DNA of 63,529 nt, counting the filler, from Pelomyxa schiedti (Eukaryota; Protista; Evosea), in the NCBI GenBank assembly GCA_020536535.1. It is 4 parts of 4 records of this genome, joined end to end, with 100 filler letters (N's around TTAATTAATTAA, not from the genome) between each part and the next. Parts side by side here need not be neighbours in the genome. Positions count along the whole stretch, not along the records: positions 30,806 to 60,442 come from JAHLWZ010000704.1; positions 60,543 to 62,356 come from JAHLWZ010000548.1; positions 62,457 to 63,529 come from JAHLWZ010002887.1; 1 more part is not named here. The stretch is one strand, 5' to 3'. This document shows, one piece after another, positions 55,923 to 63,529 of the stretch. Every line of letters starts with the position of its first letter. Within the stretch, counting starts at the first letter, position 1. The notes under the pieces are model-generated. The model did not search any database, had not been told where the DNA came from, and saw nothing but the letters and a program-made list of their open reading frames with translations. Made by a program: the position numbers and the translations under genes.

Positions 55923-57611
55923 TTATGTAAAGGCATACTTGCTGTCGTATATTTTCAACAAAGGGTGTGTCAGGTTGTGACTGGTATTCTGTGGGCAAAG
56001 GGTGTGAAGAAACTTTCTACTTTGGGGGGACATACCACTCCAGAGGTATTTACACAGGAGAACTCCCGTGATTGCTCACAGGCTTCACACAGGTCATAAT
56101 TCTCGCAAATCTATTATTAAAATTGCTGGGATGAGTTTGGGTGCAAAAATAAAACAAGAAAACGGACCAAGCACTTCCATTGAATCCCATTACAAACCCT
56201 CATGCACCGCGATCCTTCTGCATCACAGTAACCTCCACGTGGATTGGTTCCACGTTTTTCAGGTAGGTAAAGCGCGTTCTCAGGAATTGTGACTTCCCAG
56301 AACTTGGAGTGCTCATGTGGAAAACTAGATGACGATTTGCAATGCGGGCACAATTTAAAAGTGGCACAGGTCGAGCACTTTGGAACAAAGTTAGTGAACC
56401 ACTTCTATGTAATTTTGATGTAAGGGGACCTGATAAAGCACTTTTCCAAACTTAGTAGCACATCCACTGCAAACTCCCTTGTGCAATGTGTGCTCCAGTC
56501 CCGGTCTGAGCAGCAGTATTGGCTGGGTCCACATAAACGGTGTAGATACTTTCACAAGGAGATGCGCCCTGTGTGATGTGAGAGAAAGGTCAACACCAAG
56601 TAACGACCTTGGGTGTGTGGGTTCACAGCTCTCACACAAATAAACATCATTGCAGTGAAGGCACTTGAAATAAACTTCCATTGGAAATTTGTTGCATCCG
56701 TCGCAAGCTCTTTTGAGAACGTTGTTAAAATGTCATACAAGCAGAAATGCAAAGTAACTACTAACACCGTGGACACACACACACAAAAAAAAAAAAAGTT
56801 AAGGTACACACTTGTGAGCAACATCGAAGAACAATCGCTGCCACCAAGACTTGTCGTGATGATTATCAGGCAGCCGAATTCTGCTGTGCCGGTATGCAGT
56901 GAATTCCTCCCGCTCCTGTTCTCTTTCCTGCCGGCTCCTGATCAGGCTCTCCTCCCTCGCTGCGTTCTCGTTTGCTTCCGCGATTTCCTTCTGCATCGCG
57001 GCCGTTTCTTCCGCGGTCATGGGGTCCTTGTTCGGGACCGTGAAGTAGCCGTGCCTGAGCCGGCACATCTCGATCCAGAACTCGACGGTTCCCATGAGCC
57101 CGTGCCACCGGCGGCAGCTGTGCTTAAGCGCCAGCAGGTAGCCGGCGCCCTCGGCGGTGCGCCTGCCGCCCCTGGCCGCCGCGTGCCGCTCGACGGACCG
57201 CGCCACGCCCTCGACCAGCACCCTGTCCCCGCGCCCCAGCCTCCCCGCCGCTTGGATCGCGGCCCAGTGCGTCGCAGTCAGCCTCGTGACCATCGACAGC
57301 GTCTCCCCCTCTGGCACCCTCTCCTCCTGCGCCTCGTCCGCGCCCCGGCTACGGGCGCCGCCCTGCTCCTGCTCCTGCTGCTCCCCATCCCCCTCCACCT
57401 CCTCGTCGTCGTCTTCCTCCCTGTGTTCTTGGCCGGGGGGGACGTCGTGGTGGTCGCTCGCGAGCCAGGCCATGGGGCTCTCGCTGGTGCCCGCCGACGT
57501 GGATGCGGCGACTAGGTAAGCGGCGATGGAGACCATCACGCTGTCCGGCACACAGTCGAAGCCAACGCCGCCTGCATCCGCACTAGAGGACGTACCCGCA
57601 CTCGTAGACAT
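55923..57611 (-). CDS. F-box-like protein with three ZZ-type zinc fingers, multi-exon
   Basis: FDCVPDSVMVSIAAYL..LKHSCRRWH..FWIEMC; RACDGC..FKCLHCNDVYLCESC..H; HKGVCSGC..LCPHC; YCD..WKCL/ICENYDLCEAC..HPLLKI. Confidence 0.75.
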
Positions 57612-57797
57612 CAAACGAAGGGTTACGTTTCCGATAAGGAATGGCAGACGCGCACTTGAATGAGGGCATTCAAGTGTGTTGGATTAACCCCTTGTTTGTT
57701 AGAACCAATGAGTGAGTTTGCCTAGCAAAGAACTTCCTGAGGTGTACCACTGTGTCATTAGTGAGCAGCAGGAAAACACAACAGGGAGCTTTTACTG

Positions 57798-59008
57798 TTA
57801 GAACCAATGGGTTAGTTTGCCCAGAAAGGAACTTTGTTGCACTGTTGGTGATTGTGATGAGGAGGAAGGTGTGAGTTGTTGTTGTGGGAGGTCCTCATCA
57901 GAGCACTTGATCCTCTTGATGGAAGTGATGAGTGACATGATAGCCTCCTCCACATTTGTTCCATCCTTGGATGATGTCTCCCTGTATTGTGCTTAGTTGA
58001 GTATGTGACTATCAGTTATTCATTGTTGTGATGCTGGAAATAGGAAAGCACCACAACTGGAGCCCGTTTTCGTCAGCAAACTGTTTGGCGTGGCTGAATT
58101 CCACCTCTCGATTCGTGGTGGCCAAGTCCAACTGAAGGCAAATAAGTGGGAAATGGAATGAATGGAAGGAGGTACCAACCTTGGTGCCAACTATTATTAT
58201 TTGAGGGGTTGTTGGACAATATCTCTCTATATCGTACAACCAACGGCCAACGTCATAGAAGCTGCTTCCATCGGTGATATCACTGATGGTGATGGTGAAT
58301 TTGATGGGGGTATTGGAACCAGTAGTACGCACTAAAATACAATCATGCCATCACAGCTCCTGTAATCTTCCAATACAAAAGGTTAATCGGAAATTGTTGC
58401 AGTATTACGGCACTTTATACAGTTTCTGATTCTAATTTCAAGTGGTTATTATTCATCTCCAAGTGGAATGATAAGGTAACCTTTCTGGCCCAGGAAGGTC
58501 CCACTTTGGTCTCATCAGGTGGCTATGGAAGACAATAAAGAGGGGAAAGGCACACAATTTGTGTTTTAATTATCTTTGATTCCACTTGCACTGTTCTGAC
58601 TTGCTTTTGTTTTTTTAAATATTAGTGCTGTGAGGGCAATTGATTAATTGCACTAAAAAGAGCTCTTGTAGATAGAATATACACACACAAAATCCAACCC
58701 AGACTGTACGGGGGTCGTGGTGAAATCGTCCTCCTTCAAAGTGTAAGTGTAATAATAAACAAGTTTGCCTCACATACTACAAACCGGAGAAGCAATGATG
58801 CTATGTGACACACACTCCAGTAAGTTCCACAAAGAAAAGGGAAAAAAAAACAAAGATTGAGGTTAGTGAGTACTCAACTCTTTCCCACGCCGGTAGTGCC
58901 CGCCATACGAATTCTGATGAAATAGTCGCTGTCACACATTGATTGATTGATTGATTAACCCACCCACGACCAAACCCACAAGTCCGTTGCTGCCGCCGTG
59001 GCCGACAT
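57798..59008 (-). CDS. Divergent Rab1-like small GTPase, multi-exon
   Basis: DFDYFIRIRMAGTTGVGKS, SLLLRF, WDLPGPER, WLYDIERY, VGTKLD, ETSSKDGTNVEEA; ends FLGKLTHWF*. Confidence 0.8.
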
Positions 59009-59086
59009 CGTTCTCGTTCCGTTCGGTTTTTTCGAAACTGTCAGTTCAAACCGTTAGGCGAACAAAAGGTGGTGATGAAAACAAGT

Positions 59087-60442
59087 CTAGTACTGTTGTT
59101 GGGTGTTGAGTGAATAAGAGAAATGGTGGGCAACTCTTTGGAGGGGCTTGAACAACTGAAAGGTGACTATGTGCACACCAGAGGACTCTTCTGTCACGTG
59201 TATTTCTGTGTCTGATGCACTTGTTTGGAACAGAAGGCCACCTTCAACAAAGGCATACTTGGGAGTGCACCCAGGGAGTAGTGGTCTCGTGCTCAGTGGT
59301 GGAGAGCTCTTGTTTATATCCAGTACATCATAGGAGTCACTGTGTGGCCCAAAGGTACAGAACACAGAGGAGTTCAGCTGTGAAACAGAACAAATCTTTG
59401 TTTCCAGGGCATAAATCAGGTCCCTAATTTGCGCAGGTTGTTGTTGCATCTCTCCAGTTCCTTCCTCAATTGTAAGCAAGCTTAACCATGTGGAAGTGAC
59501 AAATGACCGAGTTCCATTACTTTTTGTCAACACTGAATAACGAGGTGCTGGAGGATAATAGCTCACAGACCCCAATTTAGGAACAGTTGTGCTCAAAATC
59601 GCCAAGTGGTTTGATGCACATGTTTGAACAAGGTCCACCAGTACAATAATCAAAGGTTCAAAGAGACTAAGTAGTACCTGGTTCTCATTNNNNNNNNNNN
59701 NNNNNNNNNNNNNNNNNNNNNNNNNNNNNNNNNNNNNNNNNNNNNNNNNNNNNNNNNNNNNNNNNNNNNNNNNNNNNNNNNNNNNNNNNACCCCAATTTA
59801 GGAACAGTTGTGCTCAAAATCGCCAAGTGGTTTGATGCACATGTTTGAACAAGGTCCACCAGTACAATAATCAAAGGTTCAAAGAGACTAAGTAGTACCT
59901 GGTTCTCATTGTGCCCACAGAATTGAGGGACACAGTAGGCCCACCTGCCCTCAATTGTATTCAATGACACCACCACCGACTTGGTTAGTTTTGCTGGCCT
60001 AGTGATTGGGAGTTTGGCTATGACCATCTCCTTTGCAATGCGGTCAACCGTAACCAACCAGTTCCCGTTGGTGCAAGAGCTCCAACTCCGCCTATTTCGG
60101 AGAGAAATTGGTATGCTCTGCCCAGTCACGATGTCCTGAAGGAATGTACTTGGTCCTCCGCATCTTTCCACCACCAAATAGTGCTGAGTGGCTCCCAGAA
60201 CGCGGCTGTAATGTCCTCTGACCCACCACTTGGCCTCATGGGACAGCGACAGCAGCACCGTCGAAACAGCAAAGGTCACCATGAGCCTCCCACAGGGTAC
60301 AGCATCCCACATCAAACAAAAGAACCTCGAGTGATCCATAAGCCACCCCCACAGGAGCCTCACCACAAGCGTACCGTCGAACCAGGAATTCCTCCGCAGC
60401 ATCAGCAACAGCGGCCCGTTCGCACCGCAGCGAGGGTGTGTT
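59087..60442 (-). CDS. RCG-motif family member 8, 5' end cut by scaffold edge; internal gap has duplicated flanks
   Basis: THPRCGANGP..VRLLWGW; CTNGNWLV; QLNSSVFC..VEGGL..VTEESSG. Confidence 0.8.
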
Positions 60443-60549
60443 NNNNNNNNNNNNNNNNNNNNNNNNNNNNNNNNNNNNNNNNNNNNTTAATTAATTAANN
60501 NNNNNNNNNNNNNNNNNNNNNNNNNNNNNNNNNNNNNNNNNNTCCCTGT

Positions 60550-62066
60550 TTATAGGAGGTAAGAGGAGTTTGGGGAAGTGATTGTGGCAATGTGGGCATG
60601 TGAAAGTGGGTCAATGAGGTCCACCTCGGTGGAAACACCGTTGTGGTGAACAAGCATAATCCCACTGCTGAATTCGAATGAGAGTCCCGGCTGGAAGGTG
60701 TATGGTTCAGAGATGTCACTGGAGGGGTGATGTATGTCCCTGATGATCACACTGTGTTCACTTCTATTGGAGGCGAAGGCGAAGTGGGAGTCATCGACCT
60801 GGGTGAGGCCGGTTGCCGAGGGTGACACCTCAACCACCTTCTTGGTCTTGCTGTTGGAGCTGACGAAAATGCGGCAGGGTGTGAGGGATGGCTGGCCAGT
60901 CACAATGAGAACAGGGACTTTGACTTCGATCTCTCTTTTTGATTTTGCTGCTCCCTTTTGTGGCCTCTTTTTCTGGATGAAGAAGCAAGTTGGAGCGTAT
61001 GTAGGACTTGGTTTACCAATTGTGAGAATTTGACTGGGTCTCCAGCAAGGCTCGTGCATTTCGTACGTGCCCAGCAGGTCGAGAACACAGAGTCTCATCC
61101 GAGAGTGTCCCAGCACAAGCAACTTGTTGCTTCCTGGTAACAACCTCCAGCATCCATCAAAGAGTTGCCCATTAGCTGGAACACGTACTGGAGAGTCGGC
61201 ATTCAAGAGAATTCCAGTGGTCTCATCCACCTTCCACAAGAATAGGAAGCCACCGTCCTGGTGACTGAGAACAACAACCCACCTCTCATTGCACCCAAAA
61301 GGACTCCTTCCAATCAGCCTGAAATCTGCCCCATCTGCCTGCGTTCCATGGACCAAATTCTCAACAGTGTCACAATGAATTGTACCTCTGTGGGAATCCA
61401 GAGCCACAGCAACACCTGGTGCCGTCCATCCCACAATTTTCTTCCCAGCAACGACTGCTGGCTCGCCCACCACTCCCAGCGTGAATGACAGCCTCACGAC
61501 CACGCTCGTCTCCTGCCCGTAATGGAAATTAGTGCCTTGTTGCACAAGTGTCACGTTCAGGTTGCAAGTCACCGTGGTCTGTGTTTTCATGACCCACCCG
61601 TGGGCCAGGTACTCGACAATAGATGGCGTGAGGGTCGCGGCTTGCGAGTGGGGTTCGCGTTGACCACTACCGCGCCGTTTTTGACTCTTTTTGTGGTGAT
61701 CGCGGGGCAGACAATCGCAAAGGAGCACCAGGCACTGTGACCGTGCCGACAGGNNNNNNNNNNNNNNNNNNNNNNNNNNNNNNNNNNNNNNNNNNNNNNN
61801 NNNNNNNNNNNNNNNNNNNNNNNNNNNNNNNNNNNNNNNNNNNNNNNNNNNNNGGTCGCGGCTTGCGAGTGGGGTTCGCGTTGACCACTACCGCGCCGTT
61901 TTTGACTCTTTTTGTGGTGATCGCGGGGCAGACAATCGCAAAGGAGCACCAGGCACTGTGACCGTGCCGACAGGGAGGCAACCACACTTATGGGAATGCT
62001 AGAGGAGCTCTGTGCGACCGGGGCGTTTTGTGCAATCGACGTTGGGTGTGCGTTAAAGCAACCCAT
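60550..62066 (-). CDS. RCG-motif family member 9, divergent motif; internal gap has duplicated flanks
   Basis: LSARSQCLVLL..SQAATLTPSIVEYLAHGW; SFTLGVV; GCNERWVV; QVDDSHF; LIDPLS. Confidence 0.7.
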
Positions 62067-62199
62067 CAATAATTTTTCACACCTTGTGATCGAAAACAAC
62101 AAGTTCGCGGAACCGCCTAGTACTGTAGAGGCACACAATTACCAAAAACTACAAACGGCAACGTGGAACGTAACAGACGTGTGCCGCGACGTGGCGCCG

Positions 62200-62356
62200 A
62201 TGGCCGCCATCACCACGCGAGGCCAACTTGGGGCACTCGCAGTGGGTGCGACGATTGCGAGGTGTGGGGCCGGCAGCGCGCTGCAGCGAGTTATGGGACG
62301 CGGCCCCGCCACCGCGCTTGTCGGGGTGCTGTGGTCCGACTGGGTCCGTCCCACAA
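62200..62356 (+). CDS. RCG-motif family member 10, 5' fragment
   Basis: MAAITTRGQLGALAVGATIARCGAGSA..VLWSDW. Confidence 0.7.
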
Positions 62357-62456
62357 NNNNNNNNNNNNNNNNNNNNNNNNNNNNNNNNNNNNNNNNNNNN
62401 TTAATTAATTAANNNNNNNNNNNNNNNNNNNNNNNNNNNNNNNNNNNNNNNNNNNN

Positions 62457-62697
62457 CTGTAGGGTTTAAGTTCTTTTCAACAACCTTTGTTCGCAACCTC
62501 TTGTTCTTGCCATACACCAGCTCAACATAGGGGTCTAAAAAATACAATAAGAAAGTCTAAAAAGTAAAAAAAAAAAACCAAGAGGCACCGGAAGACCCGT
62601 TTGAGTCGGCAGCAATCAGATTTCTTGCCTCCACGACCGTGAGAGCGACCTCAAAAGTTGGGGCTTCCGATGGCACTGATGTGTGGCTTGTTGACAT
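62457..62697 (-). CDS. C2-domain protein, 5' fragment
   Basis: LTVVEARNLIAADSNGSS/DPYVEL..RTKVVEKNLNP. Confidence 0.85.
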
Positions 62698-63529
62698 TTT
62701 GCGTGGGTTACAAGCCCCAGTGTTGCTTGCTGGTTTTTTCTCCCTCAAAACCCTGTTGTGCTGGTGACATTTTAGGTGCCTGTTATGCGAACAGAAAAGA
62801 TCTGCACTGAATCACCTTCAGCTGGATGCTCAAGCTCCGAAAAGAGGTATTTGATGTTTCTCTTGGAGTAACAACATGATACGGGTGCCGTATCATATTT
62901 CCTTGTCCAAATAATAATATTAAACATTTTTATTCAGGTTTCTACGAGGAGTTGGATACTCTGGCTGAGGATATTGTTGCTTGGAATCTCGTTGTTGTAA
63001 AGGAGATACGCTTCATAATTCAATTCAAGTCCAACGAATTTGAATGTTCCGGATGGTACAGAACCTCAGTCATTGGACACTCAAACAGCTTGGGTATTAT
63101 AATACTCACGGTATGTATAGCCACGAAACATAGATCAGGAGTGGTTCAAGGTACACATCCTCAGGACTGTTCTCCTCTATTGGCTCAACAACGCCAATGT
63201 TCAGTCATCATCACCATCATCAGGGCACCACCAACAAGTTCTAATCATTGATGGTTTTGTCACTGATACAAAGGCAATCAGACACTATCCTTAGGTGCGT
63301 TATAGACTCAATTATGGAAAAATTGTTCCATTTTGGATTAGGGGTGCGTCGCGTGGATGGCAAAAAAAAAAGGAAATCGGCTCACAGCTCTACTGACCAT
63401 AGGGTTGCTTTTTTTGTGTTTATTCCAAATTATTTACACTCAATGAGTTTGGAGAACAGACTGAAGCCGTTTAGCCTCTCTGTCCAATTCGTACTTTAGG
63501 TACAATGCATGTGCTTGTGAATGTTGCCC

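Noticed and set aside
55870-55930. GGTTCGAATC tRNA T-loop-like motif on the minus strand
   Set aside because: No T-stem or cloverleaf pairing
62930-63529. Possible 3' end of a minus-strand gene
   Set aside because: Interrupted frames and no recognisable motif

Overview
This is eukaryotic, intron-dense DNA with many ~35-60 nt spliceosomal introns. The gene content is amoebozoan-like; an archamoeba such as Pelomyxa is a tentative guess from recall only. The window is concatenated draft scaffolds: N-TTAATTAATTAA-N linkers at ~30.7, ~60.5 and ~62.4 kb, plus 100-N gaps, four with exact 121-bp duplicated flanks. Recognisable genes: VPS8, YakA/Yak1-type DYRK kinase, profilin, a multi-TM TKL kinase, an MFS transporter, a secreted PLC/P1-nuclease-like protein (three pieces), a degenerate Roco, a histidine acid phosphatase, SRP receptor alpha, a membrane-anchored PIMT, an F-box/3xZZ protein, an atypical Rab and a C2-domain fragment. 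Decayed copies include SPT5, a MORN-RING gene and an ankyrin-like gene. The main unexplained signals are: (i) ten apparently intronless members of one hypervariable family sharing an N-terminal 'ARxQ-xxALxMxxHxRCGxxSP..LW' motif before a beta-rich body; (ii) a four-gene tandem array of an unknown Cys-containing family with a pre-miRNA-like hairpin in one spacer; (iii) a hAT-like MITE and a perfect 30-bp inverted repeat. Boundaries of spliced genes were read by eye and are approximate.
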